Program-made: the position numbers and the translations under genes
Source: Phoronis australis
Lineage: Eukaryota; Animalia; Phoronida
Direction of reading: 5' to 3'
Assembly: GCA_002633005.1 (NCBI GenBank)
Contig: NMRA01000575.1
Location: 167,489 to 231,488, forward strand
Length of the DNA stretch: 64,000 bases
Notes under the pieces: generated by a model
Seen by the model: only the letters and a program-made list of their open reading frames with translations
Database searches by the model: none
Told to the model about the DNA's origin: nothing
Shown: positions 13,023 to 26,774 of the stretch, in pieces
Numbering within the stretch: the stretch's first letter is position 1
Layout of the letters: every line of letters begins with the position of its first letter

Positions 13023-13515
13023 TCGTTGCTGGTGAGAACGTGACCATGTTGACACCTATGCGTCAGTTATTGCGTTCCAGTTTCTATGTGTGGTAAATGT
13101 GATCCATGTTTGATTCTCCATTGGTGCTTTGCAGCTTTTACTTCGCATTCATTTTTTCTCGGTCGGCAGTGATTTGGCAACATGGTATCTAGCTGAAGCC
13201 GACTGAAACAAAACGGTTTTTTAGGAGTCGTTAGCTCGGAGGCAGTCAACAGCCGAGTCCAAAATGTGGTCGCTTTGAAATTGATTCGGATTACGCGCAT
13301 AATTTCAGCCGATTTTCACCTTGTCCACGTATGTGTACGCGTGTCACCGAATTTGTTTCCTTTTTCAGATCGATATTGTTCGTATTACAATGACTTTTAA
13401 CACACCGGGCGCATTTAAACTGCACTTGCAAATCTTGGCACGCTCGAAGCGTCATTCATCGTCTAGTCGTTTTTGCGAAAAGTCGGTGCGAACTCTCAAG
13501 ACCTACAGTGTTTAA

Positions 13516-14235
13516 AGGAGTATGCCACCCAAAAAACAACTTATTTTGTATCAATTTAGCTCGAACATTTCTACGCGGTAACGGCAAGTTCGGTCGCGTT
13601 ACCTGACACCTGACGGCAGATAGAGGTGTTGAAATTGTCCATTGACGTCATTGATTTTACACGTAGTCAATTCAGCAGTTCACAACACGGGTTACAGGTG
13701 TCAGCTTATCGTTTGAATTCATGGTTTAACACCAGTAAATCCTCAAACTTCGATTTAAGACCCTTAAAAATACACCAAGTTCTTATAAAACGTGTTGTTT
13801 TATTTTGCTGTTTCGGATTTATTGGTATTTGGACACACATTTGCTTACAAATTTCGGCAGGCCAACTTATCAAGGTCCGTAGCAGGAGTTTGGGATCTGT
13901 TCGGAGAAAAATTCTAAGTATCTTCAGTGAAATACAGACAAGAGAACCTGTATCGGTGTTGTTAATATTTGTGATTTTTGAGTTCTAAACACACAAAACG
14001 CTTGTTATCCCGGCCAGTGGCTCGGAACCCAATCAGGCCCGTCGCGGCCGAACTGACTGCTTAACCCCGGCCTGTGGCTCGGAACCCGATCAGGCCCGTC
14101 GCGACAGCCTGGACTTGCATGAACATAAACCAGCTTGAGTTGGAAACTAAACCTCCAGTCACAAAAAGACTACAACAGTGAGCCGAAGAAACAATGTGGA
14201 CGTAATTATTTATGTCAATTAACCACGAACTGGCG
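13516..14235 (-). mobile_element. Kolobok-like family E, copy 1 (partial)
   Basis: TTAA|AGGAGTATGCCACC; aligns with 35315-35870 and, inverted, with about 47300-47845; 57-bp internal duplication at 14009-14103. Confidence 0.75.
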
Positions 14236-14375
14236 TGTTCAACGGTGGAAAAATAACGCACTGACTGAAATCGGACGCCCCCCTTACAGCTTTCAAATGT
14301 TCAGTTAAATGAGAAAGATAATTGAACAATGTTAGTGCCGTGTACTGATACTTGTGTGATTTTGTATTTTTAATC

Positions 14376-14381
14376 AATAAA
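14376..14381 (+). terminator. Candidate polyadenylation signal of the PTP gene
   Basis: AATAAA in a T-rich context about 1.35 kb after the stop codon; no transcript evidence. Confidence 0.35.
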
Positions 14382-17300
14382 TGTTTGCTATTACTTTAGT
14401 AGTCTATACTAAAAGATTGTACACGTAATTGAACAAGTGGTTGCAATTTGACTAAGGTAGTTACATAATCACGGTGGTAACAAGTTTGATTACCATAACT
14501 TTTTATTCTTTCACAAACTTTAAGGCGAATGGTACTCAGTAGCTACAATCGATATTCGCTAATTTTCTACAAGTTTCAAGAACGCACCACTTCGCTTTCC
14601 AAGTGAACAAAGGATAATTTTGTTCTAAAAGAAGATTACTCACGCTACCGTTCTGTACAGACAACCTTTTTATGAAAAGGCAATGCTATTTGAACATAAT
14701 CTACGCTAAGCAAAGTGCAGCTGTACTCATTCACAAGTTGTAAATGTGAAAACAAAAAAATCTGTAAATAGGTGACCTTTGCACTATTGACGTACCTTGC
14801 GGGCTCACATAGGTGGCATCATGCAGTGTTATTCCTCTGCACCACGTCTGGACACAGTTAAGTGATTTACAGCGGATACCATTTAAAAACTCGTTCTGAA
14901 AAACATTTTGCAATGTTCAACCTACTTCATACTCACATCGTCGCTATGCCAACCTGTATGTTGTGTTTGTAACTAATTTGACCATGCAATCACAGAGATT
15001 GAGTATTACCTTGCGAGTTCACTTTAAGGGTCCCGGGGGTAGTTTTCGGACCCTACACACTAGCAACATGGATCACACCGATACAGTTAAATATTCCGGG
15101 CTACCATCGCGAATCAACAAGGAGCTAATACGGACGAAGACAGTGCCAAAAAGACACTCACGATGGAAATACGACAGATATAATGAGTTCCACGGGAGTT
15201 TTCCCAAGTTTGTNNNNNNNNNNNNNNNNNNNNNNNNNNNNNNNNNNNNNNNNNNNNNNNNNNNNNNNNNNNNNNNNNNNNNNNNNNNNNNNNNNNNNNN
15301 NNNNNNNNNNNNNNNNNNNNNNNNNNNNNNNNNNNNNNNNNNNNNNNNNNNNNNNNNNNNNNNNNNNNNNNNNNNNNNNNNNNNNNNNNNNNNNNNNNNN
15401 NNNNNNNNNNNNNNNNNNNNNNNNNNNNNNNNNNNNNNNNNNNNNNNNNNNNNNNNNNNNNNNNNNNNNNNNNNNNNNNNNNNNNNNNNNNNNNNNNNNN
15501 NNNNNNNNNNNNNNNNNNNNNNNNNNNNNNNNNNNNNNNNNNNNNNNNNNNNNNNNNNNNNNNNNNNNNNNNNNNNNNNNNNNNNNNNNNNNNNNNNNNN
15601 NNNNNNNNNNNNNNNNNNNNNNNNNNNNNNNNNNNNNNNNNNNNNNNNNNNNNNNNNNNNNNNNNNNNNNNNNNNNNNNNNNNNNNNNNNNNNNNNNNNN
15701 NNNNNNNNNNNNNNNNNNNNNNNNNNNNNNNNNNNNNNNNNNNNNNNNNAAATTAGGTATTACCTAGTGGTAATGATTAAAAGGTTTTGGCCTTAAATTT
15801 CTATTTTTGTACTTGAACAACAACGGAGGAGGCTATGCTATTGTGACACCATTAAAGGCAAAGTTGCGCGCAGCTTACTTGAATTGAAATGATAATAATA
15901 TTGATCTAGTCAAATGTTGGCAGAGATTGCTCAATAAATAGCCAGTTTGCTACTAAACTCGGTGACGTGTAACTTTCATAAGGTAAGTGGCTCCACAAAA
16001 ATGGGTCATTTGACAAGTGTCGATTGTTGGCAAACGACCCTGGAAACTACAGGACAGTGTAATATTGATTATTGGCAAAGTATTGGACGGCAAGACTCTT
16101 CGCTTTTATAGGCTAATAATAAACATGCTGTGTGAAATCCCTCCAGACAAAAAAAATGTTCCAAAATCCCCTTACTGTGTCAATTTCATTCCCTCAAACT
16201 TAGTAACGTGGTTTGAATCGTGTGTAACTCTCACTGTAATCTTAAAAAGAAGTAAAGCTTTGAGTTTGTGTATCAGCTGGCGTGTAAAAAATTTGCGTGA
16301 GATAGATCACCGTCAACTTGGTTGGCCAGTGTCTTGTACTCGACTTGTCATTAATTACGGTTGTAAATAGCGTGTGCCCGATAGCAACTCCACTTCCAAT
16401 GAAAGCAACTGACCACTGTCTTCGAATTTTCGAAATCTGTACACTGCAGGGGAGGTTACTGAGAACAATTTAGTGCAACACAACTAGTATCTTGTGACGT
16501 TGTTCCAATTGTGAGCTTTATGGCACTCAGCATGCTGGGCAAGTTTATAAAATTCATGAGGATATCAACCGGGAAGCTATGTTATAGCGCTGTGACAGAT
16601 AACACAGTTTTTGCATGTTATATTGAAAATCCAATTGTTTAAAATGATCCAATATATTGACGTCCTAAGTAAGAATTAGTTTTGTTACCCAAATTATAAT
16701 TGGGTTGTTTTAGCCATAACTTAACACATGCTTTACGTAATTAGCCAATTACGGGAAGCTTTGTTGAGTTGACATTGAATAATATGATTCACTTCCATCA
16801 TTCAACTTGTCTAAAATAACAACGTTTGGCGTACTTGTTAGACCCAATGCAAAAGCAACCTAGCAGATTTCGGACGCACTGTTTTGAGTTCTTTAAGAAT
16901 AGGGTCGCCATCTTTACAACAAAACTTTAAAAAAAATGATGATGTGGTTTGGAACTAGAGGTTTTGAATGGCGTCTCTTTTCCGACAAGGTCAGTTGGCC
17001 CTATGCCGGTGAGGCCACGTTCGTTTCTAATCAGTATCATTGGATTGCTATTCAGCTTAGAAAACCGATGAAGTGAGTGTTTTATTTCACCACTTTAATG
17101 TCATAAAAATGTTAACCTTTTTCAAAAAGTGCTATTAACAAATCTGCTATTTCTTGCCATAGCCCTTGTTAGCTAACAAATGAGAAGTTCTGTATTAAGC
17201 GCGTAGACCAATGACATCACACGATAGTTATACCATGAGTGGTTTCCTTCCTGCACTTAGTGATTTCCGACGCCAATTTGTAAATTGGACGTCATTGACG

Positions 17301-17687
17301 ACAACGGAAAGAGCAGATTCACAACGCCGAAGCAAAGTAGCTTACTATATACGTGCACAGCATTAGTTGCTTCGGGAAAAAACATGATGTCCTACGAAAA
17401 CTTTGCAGTCGTATAGTCGACTGTTTGAAGCAAAATTCCAGATTTGTCGAAGGTGTTGTTCGGAGGAAAACGTTTTTTATAATTTTGGACAAAAATCGAC
17501 TAACGCAGAACCCTGGGAATATGTAAGTATTATCTTAACTGAGAGCAAAGATAGTAAAACAATCTTTCGTCAATTTGCTTACCAATTTTAAATTTCGATT
17601 TTTTCCGAACGACTATACATGTAGTCCTTTCTCCGCAAGAGATAGCTCCCCTGGACCGACGGTGGCACCACTATTGTTCCCATTTTA

Positions 17688-17775
17688 GGTTATCTCAAAC
17701 CTTATTTAGTAGGCTCCATTCTAACACGTATATCGAAAAACTAAGGTTTGTTAACTAGGAAAAGTATATAGTTCA
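17688..17775. mobile_element. Terminal fragment of family F
   Basis: ggttatctcaaaccttatttagtaggctcc... is homologous to the reverse complement of 12062-12147. Confidence 0.6.
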
Positions 17776-18147
17776 TTAAAGAAAAGGATCAGGGACTTTA
17801 AAGCCTAACTTCAACGGAATTTTGTTATTTTACGTCTGTTGGGCTAACCAGATATTCCTGCCAAAAGAAGAAAACGCGCTTTCAATCACGCAAATGTAAA
17901 CCTGTTTAATGATACAGAAGCTGTCTTTTCGTGCCATGTTGCGTAACCGCCAGATCCCAGCAGAACCAACAGAAGACCGATAACAGTGGTATTGAAGAGA
18001 CAATCTGGATAGAACACCATTGCGCGCAGCTCGGTGTTTGAATTAAAAGGTGATTCTCACGGTGGCGTAGACAAAAGCAAGTCAATACGACAAACACTTT
18101 GTCATATTTGGTAATTTATGGCATGTACAGTAGCAGCAGGCAGAAGA

Positions 18148-18435
18148 TGAGCAAGCAATGATTGCCTTGATGCAAACAAGAAGATGACGAGCAAGACGAA
18201 GAAACTGCTGGGTGACACCTTGGCTGGGCGTTGTGAGACGTGAGCACTTTGGCCACTACAACCAGTTTATGATCGAGCTCAGAAGAGAGGATCCAGCCTC
18301 GTTCCAGAATTGCCTCAGGATTCAGCGAGAGATGTTTGAGGAGCTACTTGCCAGTGTTGGATCATATACGTATCACGAACAAGGACACCAACTACACAAA
18401 TGCCTTGTACCCAGGGATGAACACACACTCACCTT
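18148..18435 (+). pseudogene. PIF/Harbinger transposase N-terminal fragment
   Basis: RRRNCWVTPWL..RREHFGHYNQFMIELRREDPASFQNCLRI..EMFEELL..RITNKDTNY, a typical Harbinger N-terminal pattern; frameshifted. Confidence 0.75.
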
Positions 18436-18644
18436 CCTCACACGTTAACGAATTTTTAAATCGGGTGGCATTACGCACTGCAAATTCAGTTCTCGAAAAC
18501 GGCTTGGTGGATTTCGCAGAAACTTTCCAAATTTGATAGCTTTCAATACTGTTTGTCAATCTAAACTGTTTGACGATTTTTAGAACACTGAAATTTCAGC
18601 AGAAAACCGAATCTTTTATACTACAAAGTAGGCCTGCAGGCACC

Positions 18645-19682
18645 TCAGCGTAACTTCAGTGGAAACGCCATTGCCGTACAAGCACCTTAATAACACCACC
18701 GGAAATGCCGCAGGAACGCAGTGGCACCCCAGTAAGAACGCAAAATTCTTTCCTGGCTCCGCAGTGGTACCCCCATAACCGCAGTGCTCCTGTGATAGTA
18801 CCGAGGTAGCACCGCCATAACCGCAGTAGAACCGCCACGAGATCTCCGTAGGGTCGCCATGACGGCGTTTTCCCGTTCAGTGACTTTACCAGACGTAGAG
18901 AATTGTGAGCGTGTGTTAAAATCTAGCTCATTTGTTAACTGCCAAGCACAGTCTTTTTTCTGTTATGACATCAGGCAGGCAATTATCTGCTAGGCTTATT
19001 ACAGACCACGTGTGAACACAGTAAAACCCAGAACATTCGGGAAAGAATAGAATGTCGTAGCTTCGGTTGCAGCTGTGCAATTTTGGCGATTCGAAAACTA
19101 AACATGATCAGCATTTGACGAGGAATTCAGAAATGCTATTGGTTCATGTTCAAATATGTTATAATTTAACTTCTGTTTTTAACAGCACTGCCCAGTCAGG
19201 CTAGATATGATCTTAGAGCAATTATCGAACAAAAGAGAGTTGGCCATCCAACCGTGAGTGTCAGAATGGAGTTAATCGGTCGTGTAAGATATTGGCTGCA
19301 GTGGTCATCTTCCCAACTTGTTGTTGGGATATAGAATCGAACAAGTCCGGAGCAACGGGAAAACGCCGTAATTGTAATGCGGGAGCACGGCGTTAATGGA
19401 GGTGTCACTGCGGTCCTTGTACTGTGCCAGGGCGGTCGATCATGACGGTATCGTGGCGATCCCACTGCGGATTGGACCAACCAGTGGTGGCACTGCAGAG
19501 GTGTTTAACATGTTCAAAGTTTCCACATTGACACCGCAAAAGTTCGCGGTTTTGACAGTTTTCCGCGGTGTTACGCGATCAATGTCGGAACCACTGCGGA
19601 ACCACGGCGATCATGGCAGTGCCACTGCGGTTTATGCTGTACAAGCACCGCAGTGGCACCGCACTTCCCTAATGACGGGGGT
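18645..19682. repeat. GC-rich subterminal repeats (ccgcagtggcacc motifs), possibly the Harbinger right end
   Basis: Recurrent ccgcagtgg/accgc motifs at 18650-18870 and 19350-19680, ending in tgacgggggt. Confidence 0.35.
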
Positions 19683-20625
19683 ATGACGTTGTTTGAAGGC
19701 CGACCATTTTTCCTTTCTGTTGATACCTTGAGCATAGAATTTGATTTATGAATGAAGACTTTGGATTTATGAAAGCATGAACAGTCGTTAAATCTAGAAT
19801 CAGCATACGGTGCGTTACCAATCATTGATAAAAGCAATAGCGCGAGAAAAAAGAAGCGTGTTCACTTTTCATGGGCTGGGCATCCATTACGTGAAATCCG
19901 TTCAACTCTAAATCAGTTTTTACTGAGTCATTCGAGATACTGTTAGTGTGTATTATCCAACACACTATAGTTTACGAATATGAGTACACATTGGAAGTTC
20001 GAAATCGGAGAGCAGATTATGAGCTCTGCTTCGGTCGGCCTTTGCTTCTCACCTCTTATTTCAAGAGAACGTACCTGTAAGATAATTCAATGTCCACTAT
20101 ATTCTGTTTCTTGCAGAAGCACATTTTAAGTGGATCAGCAATCTTTTTAACGTCATTGGTATTCGCTTCAAGTGAGGTTACACATACCCGCAGCAATCTT
20201 CCATTACAGTCCAGGTTTTTTTTCCCTTCATCAATCATTAGCGTAATTTACGAGCTTATTTTACGGGCGTAAACTACGACCCTACACTTTTTTCGGAGCT
20301 TGTTTTATTGAACACCCGATTTTGCATTGTATATAGCGATTACATTTGTAAAGCACGGGTATGAAAAGTATCTCATGACTGCAATATACGAACGCTAGTT
20401 ATGAAATACCCCCCTCCAAGTCATCAACCATTGTTCAAAGAATTCTGCTTAGCCTATTTCTCATGACAAATGAAGGTATTGTTAATCTTCGAGATTTATG
20501 CGGTGGGCGTAAGCTGGTCGCGTGGTCATCACCCATTGGACGTGCTTATTAATTTCCTATAATACGCCCTTGATGTCGCATGGGAATCGTACCTCACTCG
20601 GTTACCTACATGTATGCATGCTTGT

Positions 20626-21895
20626 AATTACTCTGCGCGTGCAAGCGCAGAGTACTGTTGTTCCTGGATTTTCTTCAATTTTATTGTTACTCTTCTCATT
20701 CTTCTTATTTTTCTTCTTATTCTTCTTCCGACCAACTGTGAGGCTTAATAACTCCAAATTGGGTGCAGGTACGGTCTTTAAATTCAGCATATGACTTTTC
20801 ACAGTATATAAATTTTGATTGGTTATATAATAATTTTCCATATTGCACCAGAAGAGGTCCTTTGGTGCAAAGGTCATATAATTTTCAAAATGATACTCCT
20901 CCTTTAGTTTTGAAGCTATCTTTTTCAAATTCCGTGCACAGGTTTAAGTTAACATAACAATTTAAAAAATTAGTTTTCTAAGTAATCGGGTCATCCCATC
21001 AGGTAAAATAAGTCAAAGGTCATTAGGTGCAAACTAAAATTTTGAGCTAGATACTTTTAATTGACAGGTCTGATTACCACACGTAAATCCACTCGGAATG
21101 CAAAGTTTCAGGTCATTTAGTGAAAACATGGGGTCATTAGGTGCATTTTTCTTCCGAAAATTTGACCTTTTCAACCAGCAAGTATCCTGATGTGTCAACC
21201 GTTAGACAACTGTGATTCTCAGCGTTAAGCACATTTTCCATGGGCTTTGCAATAATTCTCCTAAAGAAGGTTAAAATGCACCGGATAAGGTCAATCAGTG
21301 CAAAGGTCATGTAACGTTCAAAATGTTATATCTCTTACGTTTTTCAAGGATTTCTTTTCAATTTCAGCACACTGGTGTAAGTCAACATGCCAAGTGAATA
21401 CCCTACTTTACTTCGCAATAGGCCTCACCAATCAGAAAAAATAAATCAAAGGTCAATGAGTGTAAACTAAAATTTTGAGCTAGAAACTCCAGAATTACGT
21501 ATCTGTTTACTAAGTGCGATTGAGTTTGAATTCTAAATTTTCAGGTCATTTGGTGCACCCGTGGGGTCATTAGTTTAATTTTTCTTCTGAAAGTTTGACT
21601 AATTCATTCATCTTGTATTCTGAAGTGCTTAAAGTAAAACATCTGTGATTATTAGCATTAACCACACTTTTAATCGAGTTAACAATTACTCCCTCATCGG
21701 GGCTCATAATGCACCGGAAGAGGTCAATTAGTGGAAAGGTCATCAAAAAATTAATATGTAATTTCTCCTACAATTTTAAAGAATTCCTTTTCATATTGGT
21801 AAACGGGTTGCTGTCAGTAACTTCCCATAATAATTCCAGTAATACGCACGTGCAGAGTCCGTTGCTGTCACGCCCTGACAATAATCTTTCTAGTT
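20626..21895 (+). mobile_element. Helentron-associated non-autonomous element (HINE/DINE-like)
   Basis: 5' stem-loop tactctgcgc/gcgcagagta (20629-20654), (TTC/TTA)n tract, subterminal inverted repeat gcacgtgcagagt at 21846, short hairpin tgtca/tgaca and CTAGTT end. Confidence 0.75.
20845..21790 (+). repeat. 433-bp tandem repeat (about 2.2 units) inside the HINE
   Basis: gcacc.ga..aggtc anchors at 20845, 21278 and 21711, spaced exactly 433 bp. Confidence 0.8.
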
Positions 21896-23657
21896 ATATT
21901 TATTATAACAAAGGAACAATGAAGACGCTAATCTGCCAATCTGTATGCGACCAGCTTGCGACCTGGTTTCGTGTGGGCAAAAGTCTGAAAAACCAACGTA
22001 GTCCTTGAAGAATTCGTGAATTACACTCGTTCATAGCGAATTCATTGCAGTGCAGTTGATCGCCATCGGGGTGCAATCCGATAATCGTTGCTGAAATCCG
22101 CATGCCTAGAAGTTGCGGATAACGCCCAGATTATAGTGCTCTGCTAACGGTGGATTTAATAGCAACTCAACTTCTTCATTTGAAAATGAGTGCATTGTAC
22201 TCGTCTATCTATACGAGTGCACTGTTCCCGCCCATACAAGTGCATTGCACTCGTTCATACTAGTACATAGCAATCGCATCCGCTCATGCAAGCAATGGAT
22301 ACAGAAGTCGCTAATCACGACCAGGTTATAATGCAACGGCAATGGCGGATATCATAGCAACACACTTTTTGGGGAATATGTTCATTGCACTATTCATACA
22401 AGTGCACAGGAACCTAGCGTGCTTTTATAGAACTCATTATTTGCACTCTTTCATACCAGTATATTGCAACTGACTTATGGTCTTGATTTTGAGTAATAGC
22501 TTAACTTGTCAAACTGAACGCAAAATTCTTGACACACCTTTGTTTCCAAGCTGTCATGTTACCCGACAAACAGCACTTTGCCAGCTAAACTTGATTGCTT
22601 GTTTGTCGACTTCTCGGACGGGGCGGAGCTTACGATAGCTCAATTGATACCGTAACAAGTTGTACATGTGATGACAGAATTCCTCTTAATAACTACATCA
22701 CGTTATAATCTGCATACCAGCGCACGCTTAAAAGTCCCCGATGTTTGAAAAGCAATTTTCATTTAACAACGTTTTATATGCGCTAACTGCAAAACGGTAC
22801 CGAAGCTAGTTTACAGTGAAACAACACCCGTAGGTGAGGTAAAAGATCATACAACAGATATCGATAAGCACAAAAGGTATATAAAATGTTGAGCTGTAAA
22901 GGAGGGTGACAATCTACCGGACAAACAGCACTACAAGAAGCAATAAAGGTAGGTACAAGTGTTGAACTAGGAAGATAAGTAACAAAACTGCAACACCTGT
23001 TCAGCGACATCAGAGAATTAAGTGTAAATGGGGAAGGAAAGAAACTTGGTTTGAGGGAAAGAGAAGTTGACTGAAAACTCGAAACTTGCAGAAAATTGTA
23101 CACGATGGCCAGTGTTGCGACATGACAAAGATATCACGTGGTACAATTAAACCAATAATCGTAGAGCAAGGAGAGTCACTGACCCGAGAATCAAAACAAT
23201 ATGATAATGAGGACGAAGCAGTACAGCTTACATAAATTAACTTAATACTTAATCAGTATTTTGTGCGCTAACTGCGAAGCGATACCGAAGGTAGTTTACA
23301 GTGAAACAACACGTGTAGGTGAGATAAAAGGTCATATATATTGTCGACAAACTAAGCTTCTACAGATTTCAATAAATACAAAGATATATAATATGTTGAG
23401 CTGTAAAGGTGGGTGGCAATCTGCCACAGGTGCAGCAGAAGGATCCATCCGCCCAAAAAGGGAGAGCGAGCGCGGCTGACAAAAGCAGCATGAGTAAAAG
23501 GGACTAAAATAAGTGAAAACAAAGTTATAGAGCGACACAACAAGATGTCGAAATCATAGTAACTGAATCCTTAAAGGAATATGAAGCTAACATGAATAGA
23601 TAATAACCACGGTAACATACCCACCCTACAAAAGACATGCTGTCCACACAGGTATAT

Positions 23658-25175
23658 GTGACCCACCACGACAAAATGAGTCTTAAGTCGGAAACTCTAT
23701 TTCCTGACAAGACTGCAAACAGTCGCTATCGGTTAAAATTAGGTCAAATTTTTTTATTGCAGAATATGATTATTTATTCATTCTACTTCACAAAACAATA
23801 CTTTAAAACAACCAAACTTCATTTTAAACCTTATTTATTTCATTTTGAAAAAGATCACCTTCTCCACGACTGCATATTCGTGTCCTCATTGCTCAGTCTT
23901 CCGATGACCCAATTCGCTCGTAAACACATCAACAGAAAGGTCAAACTCTGCTCATTATGCATGTAGTAAGCTCTTTTGAGTTTTTCGTACAATCATTAGT
24001 CGTTATTTCACTTCTTGCACTCGGGGTAATTTCAACAGAAGTGTCACTCACCAGTCTTTTAGCTAGCAACGACCTTTTAACCCAATACATCGCTGACCTC
24101 ATTCGCTAGAACTAGTTAAGTGGGTGTGAAACTGTGGGGTCGCGAGGTCACGGCATGTTTTCAACACACTAAGATGGCTGGTCGCCGTGTAGCTGATATC
24201 TCAGTGATTAACTCTTGCCTCTGACTGCCGTATCAAGATCAGCGAGAAGTAACTGAACTCATCAAAGAGCACATTTGTTGATGGAGATAAGGAGCGATTT
24301 CGTGACAACGACGAGTCGTCTGACGGCAGCAACTCGTCGCCAGAGGAGTTTCATGATCAACCTGCGATTACGGTTACGTTGGATTCCAAGTCGTTGGATT
24401 GGAACAAACAGAACTTGAAGAAAACAGTCCGGATTAGCTTAATAGCACAACAATGTCTTGTATCTGCAAAGCCAGTCGATCGGGGTGCAAGCAGCTGAAT
24501 ATTACTGCAAGACTGAACAATCTTCGATAGGGCTGAATCACTTGGTGAGAAGTCGAGGAAATCTTTGCTCTTCAGTCAGTGTCAGTGGACTTGGATAGGG
24601 ATGAGTGATTGTCATTTTTTGCAAAATTATTCACACTAGCGTATAATTTTGAATTATTTTGAACAAAAATCAGCCAGGAACGTGTATTTTGTAATCTACA
24701 GGACATCATTTCATTAAACTTCTCCAAAATACAATTTAACTTCTTGTTTTACTTGCGGTAACCCCTCCTGCCACAAGTGGACTGACCCTGTATACATTAG
24801 CTGGGAAATTTATTGACCCAGTTGCAGCAACCCAACATGAATATCACCCCTTTTTGGCTGAGATTACATAATAAGGTCTATATTCTGTCTAATTTTTGAT
24901 TCCTTTTATTTGTTTATGTTGTTGTGTATACTAATAAGTCTGAAATGTAGCATTCAACTGCAGGTTGCTAGGGAAATTTTAAAGACACTATCGGCACTTT
25001 TTGTCGGCCATTTTCTTTGACTTTTGAAAGCTCTAAATTTTCGCTTTCCCCGACTAGAATTGGCAATAACTTGGTCATTTGTGAAATGATCAGAAATCAC
25101 TGTATTTTCAGAAAAAAATAACAATTAAAAAATGACAAATCCCGACTTAAGACTCGTTGTGTGGTGGTGGGCCAC
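23658..25175 (+). mobile_element. Non-autonomous TIR element with ATAT flanks (Sola1-like, tentative)
   Basis: ATAT|GTGACCCACCACGACAAAATGAGTCTTAAGTCGG ... CCGACTTAAGACTCGTTGTGTGGTGGTGGGCCAC|ATAT; decayed acidic ORF from about 24175. Confidence 0.65.
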
Positions 25176-25669
25176 ATATCTAGACAGAAATAGGCACCCA
25201 TATAGACAAACATACATACAGATAAGCAACAGCAAACGGATGCTCTGTCAAAAGTAAAGCTATATAACTTATGGTAAAAATAATGCCAAGTAGAGAACAA
25301 CCCGTGATAGGGTATGAGGTAAACTAACAACAAGTATAAAAAGGAACTGAAAGAGTGCCCGGAGGGAGAACCCCGAAAAGGATAGTGGGAAAGGCGCCAC
25401 AATGAAAATGGAGAGTGAGTGAATCAGGACACTGGGAATACAGACGCCCTGGGGTGAAAAATGGGGGTAGGGAAAAAGGAAACTGGCAATAAATTTGCCC
25501 CTGTGATGAAAGGGGGTTGGTGAGTGAGACGGGTCACAGGCAATACAGTTGCCTCGTTGTGGAAAACGGTGTAAGGAAGGTAAGCATTGACAATACAGCT
25601 GCCCCTGGGTGGTGAATGATGATGGTATTGAGGCAGGGGGAACAATATTAGCGGAGAAGTTTAAGAATG

Positions 25670-26600
25670 GGACACGAATGTAGTTCTTGAGCTTGTCAGA
25701 CTTCCGGCGACCCATACGCTGAATGGTGGAGTCTGAATTTGGAGGGTCGCAGCGGAGGTGGCTGCGCCAATACGGAAACTATGAGATTAATAGCGTTTAG
25801 GATCGAGACCGACGCAATCGAGTTCCAAGTTAATGTGACGAGTGAAGTAAGAGCGAGTGATGGGAGAACCATGGAAGAACTGGAAGAGAGGTACTAGCAG
25901 TGTTTGGAGAGATTGGGGTAGTGCTGAAGGGTTGCAATAGGGCAATGGGGACCTGTGGAACGCGGAATAACGAGACAGGTAGGAATGTGATCACGGTGTT
26001 TGCAGTGGGAGATAGTGAGAGTCATGGACGGAGAGGTGACTGAGACGTCGGAGATCTGGAGGACAGAGATGGGGGGTGAGGCAGAAGTGGCGGCAGTAAA
26101 CTCACTAACACGAAGGAAGGCGTGAATGGCGGTGGCAAACATCGCAGCGCAGAGGGATGCGTGGAAGTGAGAGTCGAGAGCAGAGGGTAAGGCATTGAGA
26201 AGGCGGTGTAGAATGGGTGTTGTTATCGAGAGTCGTTTGTCCATCGATGGCTGCGATTTGAACACGCTCTTCAGAATTTTCTTGACCAGAAAGGAGGAGG
26301 TAGGGTCAGGCAAGGAGTCCAGTTTATAAATGAAACCTATGGCGGAGACATAGGTAGAGATGGTGGATGCAGTTAAGCCAGACGAGAAGAGATGTGCCAT
26401 GTAAGAAGCTAAGGTCGATGTGGAGACGGGAAACACAGGCAAGGAGGCATGCTGAGGATGAAAGGCAATGGAGGAGATGGGAAAGGACACGGTGGTAAGT
26501 TTGGGGCAAGGGACGCCCGGAGGAGCGAAGTCAGAACCTAAGGAGGTACTGTGGAACTGCGGTCGATGTTGGAGAGAGTCATCGTGCCATGGAAAAGACA
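25670..26600 (-). pseudogene. Tyrosine recombinase of the Ngaro/DIRS element
   Basis: STISTYVSAIGFIYKL, AFLRVSEF (catalytic R), HCK, SHSFRIGAAT, IQRMGR, YIR. Confidence 0.9.
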
Positions 26601-26772
26601 TCCTGGAAAAGAAACCGAAACAATTTATCAGCAATAAAATTTGTTTTTCCAGGAATGTGTTTGGGTTTCAAATTGATATCATGGTGGAGGGTAGAGAGGA
26701 AGAGGCGTCGGACAAGGCGCATAATGTTAGGGTCCGTGGAGGAAGTTTTATTGATGCTATCCACCACGGAAT
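26590..26772 (-). pseudogene. RNase H C-terminal part (DIRS/Ngaro pol)
   Basis: VVDSINKTSSTDPNIMRLVRRL...KHIPGKTNFIADKLFR; abuts or overlaps the YR frame. Confidence 0.85.
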
Positions 26773-26774
26773 GC

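Noticed and set aside
14963-15796. Long ORFs spanning 15214-15749
   Set aside because: Their length comes from N runs, and no domain is recognisable.
25670-26634. Prophage or bacterial integrase contamination
   Set aside because: The YR adjoins RNase H, RT and gag in the DIRS/Ngaro arrangement, among animal transposons.
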